Assembly (NCBI RefSeq): GCF_964355755.1
Contig: NC_092675.1
Coordinates: forward strand, 27,686,912 to 27,750,911
Reading direction: 5' to 3'
Source: Antedon mediterranea
Lineage: Eukaryota; Animalia; Echinodermata
DNA: 64,000 nucleotides
Part shown: one piece after another, positions 1 to 13,600 of the stretch
How the letters are laid out: each line of letters begins with the position of its first letter
How positions within the stretch are numbered: position 1 is the stretch's first letter
Translations under genes and position numbers: made by a program
Notes under the pieces: generated by a model
What the model saw: only the letters and a program-made list of their open reading frames with translations
What the model was told of the DNA's origin: nothing
Databases searched by the model: none

Positions 1-163
1 AACCCGGTTAGATTAAGACACAACTTTTCGCTGATTTTTAGCTGCAATATGGGAGTATGTTTCCATGTTTAATCCACAAAAAAATGACTGGGGTAATAAT
101 GTTCACAGCTTAGAGGTTTCACAACATTAGACGCTATATAAATCCTGGATTATTATTATTATT
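1..163 (+). mobile_element. 3' end of a SINE-like element
   Basis: Ends in ...GCTTAGAG...GACGCTATATAAAT...(ATT)n, a typical SINE tail; similar tails at about 5352-5410 (-) and 36340-36400 (+). Confidence 0.45.
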
Positions 164-1561
164 GCCGTTCTTTTGTTTCATTTCTTGTTATAAGTGTACA
201 TTCAAAATCCAGGTTTATAACTTGTCCAGTAAAACCCATTCGACGTTTATGGATTTCCTGTTCCATTGTATCACTTTTTTTGGATAATGTATAAATATTT
301 AGAGCTGACATTTATTGCTATTATTTATTGCTTTCTATATTCAGTATTCTCCTTATTATTGTTATTTTATTTCAGTCATTTATTTGTATATGGAATAAGA
401 ATTAGGAAAATGAAAACATGGGGAGTGTAGTGTGGCATATGGATATAAGAATTGCCCCAAGTCTGTAGTTATTTCGAGGCTTCTGGATGTTTTTCTGAAA
501 TGCAATCTCAAGTAGTATAACGTATAAAACGCCATATGTGCCATCATATTTATCTTTTTACTAATATTAAGTCAAAACTCCGCCTGGAACCCAAACTAAT
601 GGCTATAGTCTCTGACAAGGATTAGGAGGTGGAGGAAGGGGTACTGGGCTTGGGTGTATAATATTGCAATTAATGTTGGTTTGGATTTGGATGCATTTTT
701 GTTTTGAGAATATTATATATACAAATATTTCACTACGAACATTGACAATTTGTAGTATCGACTGTCCTTGTTACTGGATGTAATTGCATTGACTTGCTGA
801 TGTATATGACGTCATGTCACCAGGGACGTTCTATTTATTTTGAGGAAGGAACATTTTGTCCAGATATGGAAACATTTAATATGAATTAGACACTGTGCAG
901 TGATTCGCAAATTTAGTGTATTTATAATACAAGACGTGAAATAAATTCAATTTTTGAATAACAGAAATGTATATAATGTATAAACCAAATGCTTACTCTG
1001 CCTGCCTGTAGTTTTAGTGTTGTATTGAATTCTGTTGTATCTGCAATAAATAATTAATTTAAATGGGTGCAGAATTTAACAGAATTAGGACTTGAGAATC
1101 GCTCGTTACATTACTGCATGTTTTTGAAAGTGTATTATTTTAATTAAATAGTATGGCTTAAAATTGAGTGAAATAAATGGCACCACCGTGCCTAAAAAGC
1201 ACGAGATTGGATAAATTATGATTTTATCTCTAAATAATGCTGTTCTATTCCGAAAACATAGATGAAATAAAATTATATAGCTTATCATAAAAAGTTATTC
1301 ATGACTTCCTCCATATTGCATAAGCCAAATTATTCCTGTTATACTATTTGTACTAATAGTAATAAAAAAAAGTGAATTCAATCTATTCAATTATCTGATA
1401 CAGTATTACATGTTGTATTAGGCCCATATCGTTACCTCATAATACAAATCACATATCTTTAAGTATAACACCGGTGAGTATAAGTAACCGTAATTATTAT
1501 GTAATCATATTTTGTATTATCTGATTTTATGAAAATCAATGTTTTATTTTTTTCTTCTCAG

Positions 1562-1668
1562 AATTTTATATGCAGTTTAAGAAGTATCATGAACAGTTTC
1601 CGTCAATTTACCGATTATGGATTGGCCCCGTGCCATCCGTTCTGCTATGTTCACCTGAAAGTGCTGAG
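1562..1668 (+). CDS. CYP4V-like exon (first in window)
   Basis: tttcttctcag|AATTT...GCTGAG|gtaggt; encodes FYMQFKKYHEQFPSIYRLWIGPVPSVLLCSPESAE (RLWIGP is typical of CYP4). Confidence 0.9.
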
Positions 1669-4600
1669 GTAGGTATATTCTTCAATGTTGTGAATTCTGC
1701 CCAGCAGCATAACACCTAAGGGTACATCTTTGGCGGTGGCGTAACGGCTATGATCGCTCACTGGCTAAACCCAGCGGCCCCAGTGGTCAGGGGCCCCATA
1801 GCATGAACAGTCCACTGCAAGTACCCAGCGTTGGAGAGCCTCTTAGGAGTGCTAAACCAGGGGTCTTTACCCTGACGTTAGGCCACTGATCTTCGAGAGC
1901 CAACAAAGTGATCACTTATAACAAGAGTGCCCCTTGGATATGGGTTGGCCGTGTGTTAGAACATATCACGTGATTGCGGGGCGCCCTCGCAATCATCTTT
2001 TGACAGCGTGAGCATCTCATCCTCTTCACCTCACGCTGTCAACAGATTACCACGCCAGATTTTGGCTAAGTAAAATAATTTTTATTTTTACATTTTACCA
2101 GTCCCTTTTATCCTCCTACACTGGTAGGATTTGTGCCAACACACAACATACTTTGACTGAAATTTATCTCACACGGGCTCACATGTGTCAAAAATATATT
2201 TCCCCTCGTTCAACCACGGGAAAGGTCTTCATAATAGTGGTGTCTCTGCTAATTCCAACTAAACTATTAGACCTCCTCATTATGCAGACATTTTTGCAAG
2301 TAAGTAGGCCTAAGGCTATTCTGTTTCACCTATGATTGTTTTTAATTGATATGCAATGTTATGGTTTTGATAACTTCAGTCAATCGTTTAAAAACGTGAA
2401 TTAGTTTGACAACACCTTCACGCTAATAAACGACGATTCTTAAAAAGATACGCCGTGGGGGTTTAAGATACGCCGTGGGGCTTAAACCGCACGATTTAAC
2501 GTAAGAAAGCTTTAAAAGACCATCAACGTTAATTATGATTGCAACAAATCTTATGATTAAATAATTCTTTTTGACATAACGTAGAACGAGTGCACACGTT
2601 CATAATCATTTCTAATTAATTGCGTTCCAAATAGAACAAAAGATGACATATATATTCTCTCCAAATGAGAAATGTAGACTTTGAATATGCCATTTTGTAG
2701 TTTTGATAAAGTTATTCACTCCGTAGAAAAATAAAATAGTAATTTAACTTATAAAAACATAAACGGTTAAATTTAATAAAAACCAATTGTCTGACAATTT
2801 GACTATTATTTGCTTTGAATTAGGCTACACCTTTTCTCTGGTATATATTTTTTTTAGTTTCGATTAGTCTTGGAACTTATAAAAGGATTCGTTTCCAAAT
2901 AAAGATGTTTATTATTTATTAAAATATCATAATGGTTCTGACTTGCATAAAACATGTAAAATGTCACTACCACGTTGAACAATTGGTAGGATAAGTTAAC
3001 TGACATTAACAATTATTACTCGGAACGGCTAGAAGCAAACTAGATAATCAGACAAATTATCAAATTAATTAACGTGAATTAAGTAATTATAAAGCGAATT
3101 AGACTTCAACAACTGACTGATCCATATTTCCACTACAGACGTCTACGGGTGATGATCTGGAAAACTAAATCACTTCCATTCAATGATGTAACAGAGGTCA
3201 CCAGGTCACTGTTGACAAATTCGATTTCCGTTATGTATATTCACATGAAGGTTTTACAAATTCTGTTTATAGTTTTAAAAGCTTAGGTTAACCATGCAAA
3301 CTCAACATGTACGTAACATTAAAATATGAGCGCAGACAATTATTATTTATGCCATCCTATGACATGAAGTATATACAATTATAGCCTAAGGCCTGGTTCC
3401 CACTAGCGACGTAACGTAACTCAACCAACGCAACATAAGCAAATGCCCTTCCAATAATTGTGTTTGCCCCCGCCTGCGTGAAATCAAACCTGCGATTTTT
3501 GCAGCACTGTTATTGCGTCATCGGTTCCCACTTGTGATTACGCAATACATCACTTTGCGTTAATACGTCGCTGCGTTGCGTTCTAGTGGGAACCACACTT
3601 ACGTGTTGAATTTGGTATTTTGGTATTTTATATTTATAATAAGAAAGATAAGTAGCCTAAGAAGAAAGTATAATAAAAGTGCGAAAAAGTGTGAAAAGAG
3701 ATACCATAACACAAGCAAGAGAGCTTTTGATCTGTGGCGCCTTTAACTTAAAAATATTAATTTACAAATAAATAAAAAAATATTTTGATATAGTGGCCTA
3801 AAGGATAAGATAAGAAAGACACGAAAATTATGCTTTTCCAATACGTTATGGTTTGTTCGTCTTCTTTACACACATAGGTCTATTGATTAAAGATGTCGTC
3901 ACATCATAAAATGAAACAAAGATGACAAAGATAATTGCCTAAGCAAGAACATAATTTCAAAGATAATAGTAATAATTATATCAATAATTGGTCCGATGTT
4001 TGCCCTTCCCTGTAGGCCTACTTACTACAATGTACATTTGAGAACATAAGTGTTAGTACAAGTTACGTCAGAGTGGGCAAACATTGGACGCAAAACTAGT
4101 TTAAAATATCATCCTGATATCAAACATCGGAATAGAAGAAAAAGTGCCGCTGGGGTTTCCCATAACCCGTTGATCTACCTTTGTAATAGGATTCTATCCT
4201 GCACACATTAAACACTTGCTAAATATTTTTTTTAATAATTTTGTTTTTTTAAATAATTGAGTTTTAAATCCGTAAAAGAAACCGAATAATGACCCGGATG
4301 AATGCATTATTTCAGACAAACAGTTAGTACTAAACGTAATATTTGATAATCTGAAAAGAAAACACTACTGGCGTTTCTAAGTCTTTCTCATAAACACAAA
4401 AATAACATTGACTGTTATATTTTACTGGGGGAAATCTCCAAAGAAATTTCTGAAATGCTTCTATATTCTCAATTATTTAATGATTGGATTAAAACCTTTT
4501 CAACCTTTGGTGTAATAAGATATTGTAAAGGATGTAAGTTAACAAAGAACATAATTTAAAAGAAAGTAACTAAAGATTTGTGAACTTACGTAGGACGCAA

Positions 4601-7600
4601 CGCAATGACGTAAGCGCAACACTAGTAATTTGACCAATCACAGGCGATAGATTTTTCAAACTGCCGCTTTTCATTGGTTACTTACGTCCTTACCTGGTTA
4701 TGTTTACTCATTTAAAACTTATTTACGTTCGTCTAAATTTGTTTACATGATTGTATTTGTAATTGTTTAAAAATAAGATTGATTCAAAACATAAAATGCA
4801 TGAGTCTTGGTATAATGATTGTTATTGTCTGTTTTACTTTTCTGTTGGACGAAAATAAATATTGTATTGAACATGATAATATGAAAGTGCATGCCTTGGT
4901 TGTTGTAGGCTAGTCTGCTGTGTACTTTTAAGAAGTATAAATTGAATGTGAAACATGTTTAGGAGGCTTTGACAGAATTCAGAGACATTATTGTCTTTTT
5001 GCCTGCAGCAACTAGACCTTACGAACCCATGGTGTATGGGTTCAGTAGGTATTAGTATTACCGGTTTCAATTGATATAAACAACATCAGCACGCCCGGCA
5101 AAGCCTTCAAAAAATGAACCAAGTGCAATGTTTCCCATCATGGAATAATTACACTGAATTAAGACTTAATAAAAAGAAATAAATGCTACAAAATGTTTTC
5201 ATTAAAGACTATTTTTTTGTCTCTACTAGGTAATTCTCAACAGCAACAAGCACACTCGTAAAGCACATTTCTATACGTTCTTAAAACCTTGGCTTGGAGA
5301 TGGGCTCTTGTTAAGGTAAGTAATATTGTTAATAATAATTAATATATACTATAATAATAATAATAAGATTTTTATAGCGCACATACCACTCCAGAGTGCT
5401 CAAGGCGCATTTAAAAATAAAAAAGAAATAAATCATACAAATTCCTGACAAATAAAATGCAATTTCTTTGGAGGGTCCCCATCCGTTGTCGTTCTGTCGC
5501 GGTCCCGAACCCCTACCTAGGTGACCATAATGGATAATGGTTAATAATGGTTTACAGCATCTTGAAATGTTCAGATGATGTTAATATAATTAATTTCATC
5601 TGTTGTGCTATTACTGCGTCAGTCTTTTTAAGACACATCAGGTATTTCAACACGTCATCTGAACGATTTGTGAAATCTTAATCGTAACGTGCACGTTCAA
5701 ATCACCGTGTTCAAATAATATTCCAAGGAAATTGAGTATATCTTATCAAAGCTTCGTTCCAACTTGGACGTAACGTAACGATGTAGATACATCGAAAGTA
5801 AGTGAGTTAATCAATCACAAGTGGAAGTTCGGATTATCTATCGCGTCGTGATTGGTCAAGTTGCTTGCGGTGCGTTTACGTCCTTGCGCGTTGCGAACCA
5901 AGCTTAATCTCAGATTCATGTGTTGGAATTGTGACGTTACATGACTCTTGTTTGCAGTTTTAAAGAAGTAACCGAAATGAAAATAATGTGTGGTTTCCAC
6001 TAGAGACGCAATACAACGACGTAACGCAACATAAAGGATTTGTCCAATCACAAGCGATAGATTATTCGAACTGTCGCTTGTCATGGTCAACTCGCTTGCG
6101 TTGCGTCTACGTCCTTGTTGCGGAACCAAGCGTAATAAGATAATTCTCTGTTAAATGTTGGTTCCCATTTGGACGGAAGCGCAACGCAAGTACAGTATGA
6201 CCAATCACGATGCGATGAATCATCTGAACTGTCTTGTGATTGATCACTTGCGTGGCGCCTCATCGCTGCGTACCTTATAGGGTCGTTAAACTCAATTCCT
6301 AAATGAATTGATTATATTTAAAGCAGGGGAGACATGTGGTAAGAACGTCTGTACTTATTCATTTATTTGGTTTTTTTTGCTAGTTCTGGTGACAAATGGT
6401 TTAGTAGAAGGAAACTCATCACACCAACATTCCATTTCCAAATATTAAATGATTTTCTTGACGTTTTCAATGAGCAGTCAAAAATCTTGGCAGACAAGTT
6501 TGAAGCTGCTACTAAAGAAAAAAGCATTGACATATGTCCACTTGTATGTGGATGTGTTCTAGATGCTCTCTGTGGTAAGTGGTTTAGTTACATCAATATC
6601 AGTAAACTAATTTTGGCATTCAAGTTTAAAACGTGCAAATCAACAAATCACTTTGGTTCAAAATCGTTAAGCGGAAATAACAAATAATGTCTTGAATTAA
6701 TATCAAATTTTAAAATATACTACCGAAAATCAAACGAAGGTTAGAAAAAATGTTTCTAGAAACCTTCGATTACTTACGTTATACTTAACAGGGTGAATTA
6801 AGAATATTTTCCTATAATCTGCCTTTTTTTTTCGTACCATAAATAATTCGGTCAACTTTTTAACGTTCCATGTATTTATGGGTGAGCATTTATATTTTTG
6901 ATTTATACCTACTGTGAAATTTCGGCTAACTGCGTTATGTTTATGTTAGCTAATAAAGTGTGGGGTTACGTACGGTCTCTCCGATCCCTATCGAGTGTTA
7001 ATTTCTAGAAATACTGTTAACTATAAAGTTTCATAAATTTTGTCCCATATTACATATATTTAAAGGTAGATTTGCGTTAAGCCGATTTTCCACTAGGCGA
7101 ATTTGTTCGCGCGAATCAAACGTTTCGAAGAGAAAAAAATCGCCTACTATCTTTCCGATCCACTACATGAGCGAATAGCTGCGACGTTCATGTTCTTCGC
7201 GTGGTTGCTGAGCATTTCGATTCGCATGAGTGCTCATGAAAGCGTCATATCTCATTTCCTGAGCTCTGATTGGTTGCGCAATATTTCGCTTCGCAAAAAG
7301 TAGAAACAATTCGAACTAGTAAATGTCGCTGAAGCGAAAAATCAAAGGAAATAGAATTCGTGGAAGAAGGCAGTATGACAGACAGAAACGCGAATACGCA
7401 TGTGCATAGCATGACGCTTTCGATTCGCGTGAACAAATTCGCCTAGTGGAAAATAGGCTTTAGGCCTACTGATAAATAGTGTGTCAATTTACGGTCATGC
7501 AGAATACAACTGGTATCGGACCCTGTAATAAAAGGAAACAGATACCTTAACATAATAAATAACTTTAAAAAGGTTAAATCAATTTTTAGTTCAATAGGAA

Positions 7601-10600
7601 TAAGAAATAACGTCACGATATGGTCCGGTTATTGTTATATTTCTGGCTAACATCCCTGATTAAAAAGAAGTCTATTTTTAATATCACACGTTGACGTCTT
7701 GTATTTTATACCATACACTAAATTTACGTCATGTTCCAAAAACTGATTATTAATACTAGCGCAAGTAATATTTTCTTTAGAATACGAAAATAATTAGTTT
7801 CCGTATTGAATGTTGGTTTGTATTTCAAATATTACTGGAGTCCTGTTGATTTGTGTTTTTCAATGTCGTGAGGTCATGCGTTCAAGGTTATACCACTGTC
7901 AGTTGTATCTTTATGTAATACTATAAGATGCACCTTTGCTTTATTTACTCGTGAGTGTAAAGGCTTAGTTATTTTAGCTGGGTAAGTTAGTTACCTCCCA
8001 CCAAAGTTAAAATTGGACACTGAAGCCATTAGCCGATAAAATAACTAACCAAATGCTGTTTTATACACACAACATCTAACCTGCCCTGTGATACACTGAC
8101 ATTTTAACTTGAAACGATAAATATGAGAAAATCTGTGAGAATGAGAAAATGTCGCCCAGACCGAGATTCGAACCCGGAACCTTTTCCTTGATATATATCC
8201 TAACCATTAGACCACCACTGGGGCTTTCATGGTATTTTATATTATATTATGTATAAATATGAGAGATTGCGACGGACACGTGACGCGTCAGAATCGCGTT
8301 TTTAATTGAACACAGACCGTTGCACACGCAATAAGGTGTCGTAGGCCTACTATTAAATTTTGGTATGCAACGTTCATAATCATTTTACCCCATCCCAGTG
8401 CATGTGAACTGTAAAAATAATGTCTATCGTGTTTATAGCTACATGTTGTTTTCCTTCACTGGAATGTGAAGGCAATAACTACTATGTATTTTACTACTAT
8501 TTTGCAGAAACAGCAATGGGTCATCGGTTACACTCACAGGATAATGACGACAACCCGTACGCCAAAGCTGTCAAACGGTTAGTGATCAGTTATTCAGCAG
8601 AAGAAAAAAAAAGTTTTAAACAATTAATACTATTATAATTTAACATAATGTGTTTTAACTGTAATTGATTGATGTGGGTGCAGGGGGTGGAGGATGATTT
8701 AATTTTGATTAAATTGAATTGAAAACATTCTTTATAACGACAGTAAAATTACGAAAATTACGAAAAGAAGACGTTGTTGAAACCAATGATGTTCATTATT
8801 GGTGGTGTGAAGTATGGAAAGCCAAATATTTGCCTTACCATAGCTAACAACAATACGATTTCCCCTAATATTAACAGCTACTTCAAACCCCTTTCAGATT
8901 AGCAGAAATATTACAAGAGCTGTTTAAGAAGCCTTTATATTGGATACCAGCTATTTTTAACCGAACACAATCTGGAAAAGAGTACAGTGAATGCCTTAGG
9001 GTTGTACATGGATTGACGACAAGGGTAAGTACACTGTTAAATATTGTATTTGTGCTTTTATGTGCACGGCCACAAGGAAAGAACAACCATTAATGATCTG
9101 GTTAAATAAAGTTAAATTGAATTGATAATGTTTAAGATTACACAAAAACTACCTGCATCTATAATATTTATATCATGTCGTTTATTTCCCTTATTTGCTT
9201 TCACAAGTGCACGTACGGTACAACCGGATACAAAGTACATTATAAACCAAACGGTTCATTGTTTGTAGGTCTATTCAACTTGACTCGGGGCGCCTGCTGT
9301 CAAAGGCTGTTATAATAAAAACATATACAATAGTAGAAATTCATAGCCTAAAGATTACACTAAAGAAAGGTTATAAAATGAACATTATCAATGAATGGTT
9401 TTTATCACCGATACTATCTATATTTAAGTATTGAGAAGAGTGTTAGTAGCTTTCATTATTGTATCGTCAGTATATAAGCAAACAATGATGCTAGTGTTCT
9501 AATGATATTGTAATATTAGTAGTAGGCCTATAGTTGGTATGATAAATTTAATGTGTTGACAATTTTCATGAGTCCACATTACGGCCACAAACGCAACCGC
9601 GTATACTTTTTTAGCAATAACATGAATCTGGTGTTTTTTTTTCAAATGGACAATACTGCCGTGCCAAAAACATTCGACAAATGACATGATACTGGACACT
9701 GTTTATTGTCGCTAGACATGATACGGTTGTGTGATGACAAAATGAACACAGCTTTTAGATTTTGTATTGTTAAAGAATAACCAAATTGAATAAGATTTCA
9801 CACGGGAATCAGAGTTATCAGTAAGCTCATTTACCACAAGAGTAATTTCTTAATTGGAAGTGAAAACCTGGCGCATAACACTGCATTTCTAAACCAAAAG
9901 AGCTGTGACTTTCGTGGCAATTTTAAGCATTAAGTGTTTCACAAAGTGTTACCATTTGTCCCCCAAGTGTTAACCATTACCTTTATAGATGAAATAATAT
10001 TTATTCAAATCAACTATACTATTGCCATTTAGAAACTTAATACGTCATCAAATTATGCCGTTGGCAACTATACACGACGACTATTGTAAGTGTCATAACC
10101 ACTCAATACAGTGTATAGAGATTCAAATCAATGCATTCGTATAGGCCTATTATTTAAATACCTTCCACATTTAAATACCTTCTATTTTCCCCAAGCTAAA
10201 CCTCCAGCCAACTATACACTTGTTAATACTTTCCACACCGCCAATACAGAGGCCTGCGTATGTGCATATACTGTAGCCATTTTTAACAAGCAATTTCAAC
10301 ACCGTCAACCGGCATGGTCATGTTTAGGTTTTATTTCTAATAGTATCGGCACGGTAATTCACAATTGAGATGGTCTAGCGTGTGTGAAATGTATGTTATG
10401 AGTCTATACCTTATTTTCTATCGATCCTATAGACTGCGCAAATTATATTGTTTACCTGCACAGAAAACGCGCATGGTCGACCGTGCCGATAGTAAAAACC
10501 AGGGAGTTGTAAACGGGTATTACATAATATACGGTAGACGTCTACCGTGCTGATCGTAGTAATAAATTACACACAGTGTTGAACGTTTGATAGCGCATAG

Positions 10601-13600
10601 CCTTCTTGAATGATAGTTGAATTGTGTTATGAATATATAATTAGAATTATCTTATCAATCACAGGTGATAAAATCCAGGTTAGAAGATTTCCAAAAATCC
10701 GGATTAGATCATCAGTTCAACGAAAGCCAAGATGGAGGCGGTAAGAGAAAACGTCTGGTATTTCTTGACGTTCTGCTAAAATCACATCTTGACAATCCGG
10801 CTTTTACATTTAACGATATTCGAGAAGAAGTGGATACATTCATGTTTGAGGTAACCTACTTTAATTTCAAATTATTTTAGAGAGACTTTATTTTCGCGCA
10901 TCCTTATTTTTCGCTATACATTTCATACACTGTATATACATGTATTTAGTATAGTATAAACTTTAATATTCGTAAATTATTCAATTTGCGATTTCTTAAA
11001 CTCTGCGTGAAAATTTGGTTGCTAATCGAGAAACTAAAATCACTTTTATGTTACTGCATACTTTTAATTTCAATATTTAACTACAGGAAACCAATTAGAT
11101 ATATATTTAATGTTGACTGATAAGAGGGAGGGGGTATATTTTAATTAATTCATGGTTATTGTTTATTGAGCAAATAACAACTTCATTAAAAAATAACGCA
11201 CAACAATAACATTTTAAGCTATGCTGCTACAACCGGAACTGAGCCACCCACTTGATATAAAGCAATCAAACGATAATGCCACAAGAAATGATTGTAAATT
11301 GTCAACTAAGTAATTGCATCATAACAAATAAGTCATTAATAATTCATATTGGTACACGCTGCAAAAATGGAAAAATATATTTACCTTGATGATCTAAAAC
11401 TGCATAAATTAAGGTCGATATATTTCACGAACTTGAACTTTCGAGTTACCAACCAATAGTCAGTATGCTTATCATCTGAATACAGGCTTATTAATTAATT
11501 TCCAGGGTCATGACACAACATTCTCAGCTCTGTCATGGGCCATTAACATCATTGGGAATCAGCACGAGGCCCAGGCGCTGATTCAGAAGGAGCTGGATGA
11601 CATATTTCGTGGTGATGACAGACCTGCCACTAATGATGACCTGTCGAGGATGTCCTATCTTGAGAGGGTTATCAAAGAGTGCCTCAGACTTAAGCCACCA
11701 GTTACGGCAATTGGAAGGAAACTGGACGAAGATACGATGATCGGTTAGTACACGATTTATATAAAAATATATCTTCGTTGGTTATTCGTTGTTAGGTATA
11801 CTGTAGCATATATTAGCATAAAATATAATCATTTTTACGCATAATGTTATTTGCATGCAATATTACTTACGGTACTATAATACCATATTTTTATTATTTA
11901 ATTTTTCATTCATTTATTCTTTGCCATTAGCCTTTAGTATTTTTCTAAATCATTATATTTACAGTATAGTTACATTTGGAGCACCTTTTTGTATTGCCTT
12001 AATTAATACTTAATTAAGGTAAACTCTGGTTGTTCCGTATTTCAACTCACCTTATACTAAAAAGACCCGATACAAAATTAATTTTTAACTAAAAGGTTGT
12101 TGAAAGAATAAATGTCCCATAGTTGGCAAATTGAAAATAATAAATGTAGTGTTGAAGCAAACCGATTTGTGGTTCATTTCAAACTTGGGTAAAATAAAAC
12201 GATGCGGTTCCATGTAAGGGAATATTGGACTTCGTGGTGGATTGAGTTAAGACTCGTCAGTCGACAGGTCTATAATAAGGCAATTCCAAGCAATCGTTGA
12301 TTCATGTGATTCCAATACCCTGGAACCTGTTGTTTGCTTTGTTAAACATTTGAAGCTGGTACGAAGTTGGAAATTATGATTTATGTTACCTGATATAACC
12401 TTGTATAATATATATTTATATACGCTAAATCAACGAAAATGTTTTCTAGTTATGGTCTTACCACCATTTCGTTGAAGTTTAATTTATTTTACAGTAAAGT
12501 TGCATAGTATCACGACTTCTGATTGCCATGCTGACACATTCTGTCTATAAAAATTGATTTAGTTTAATCCGCATAAAACAAAATCCGTTGAAAGTAATAC
12601 ATGTTATTATTACGCACCGGTATTTCATCTCGTGATACGTGTTACGAGATTGTTTACGGTATTATTGGGGTTTCCAGGTTATAAGCAATATATATACGGA
12701 ATCCTCGATTCGTTTGCGTAATTGGCCTACCGGTACTTAAGCTCAGGTACATGCATGAATTTTAAGTATAATATCTGGTTAATTGTACATAAATCAAATA
12801 TTTGTAATAGAAATCAAGACGAAAAAACATGAATTTCCCTTAAAATGGTCAAATACAAAATTTTGCACAATATTGCTATAAAAACCAGACTTTTTTCAGT
12901 ACTAGTTTAACCTATTAATATCAACAAGCTGGTGTAAGGCAAATAAAATCCCTAAACATTGAATGAAACATATGGGAAACTATAGATCGATAATTATTAG
13001 AATGTATGATCAATATAATTTTTTTGCCCGCACCTGGCCTTTAAAATCAATTTAATCGAACTATTATTTCTTCTTACAGATGGTCACCTTGTACCAAAGA
13101 ATGTCTTTTTAATTGTGAGTTTGGACGCGATTCACCATAATTCCAAACATTGGAAAGATCCGACCGTCTTTAATCCAGATAGGTTCCTTCCAGAAAACTG
13201 CGCCAATAGACGACCGTTTGCGTATGTTCCGTTTTCAGCTGGTAAAAGAAATTGTATAGGTACGGGTCGTAAATTGTTTCTGATTATTTGTCATGTCGTG
13301 AGGAAGGTATCGAAACCTAGATTGAATACCCACAGGCGGATTGAAATTTACAATACACAAAATATAGGACAGCACTTTTAATTAATTAAATAGAATTTGT
13401 AAAATGTGAGAGAATATCACCTGGAATGTAATTGTTTGTAACTACTGTGGAGTAACTTTGCGTCAGGGTGTTGAGTAATTGGTCAGATGTTTTGTCCTAT
13501 TTTGTCCCACTCGAGAATTGCTTGCGTATTTTTTCGCAAGTATTCTCAATGTACTCAGTATAAAGTACAGATTACGTCAGAGTATGGCAAAACATCTGAC

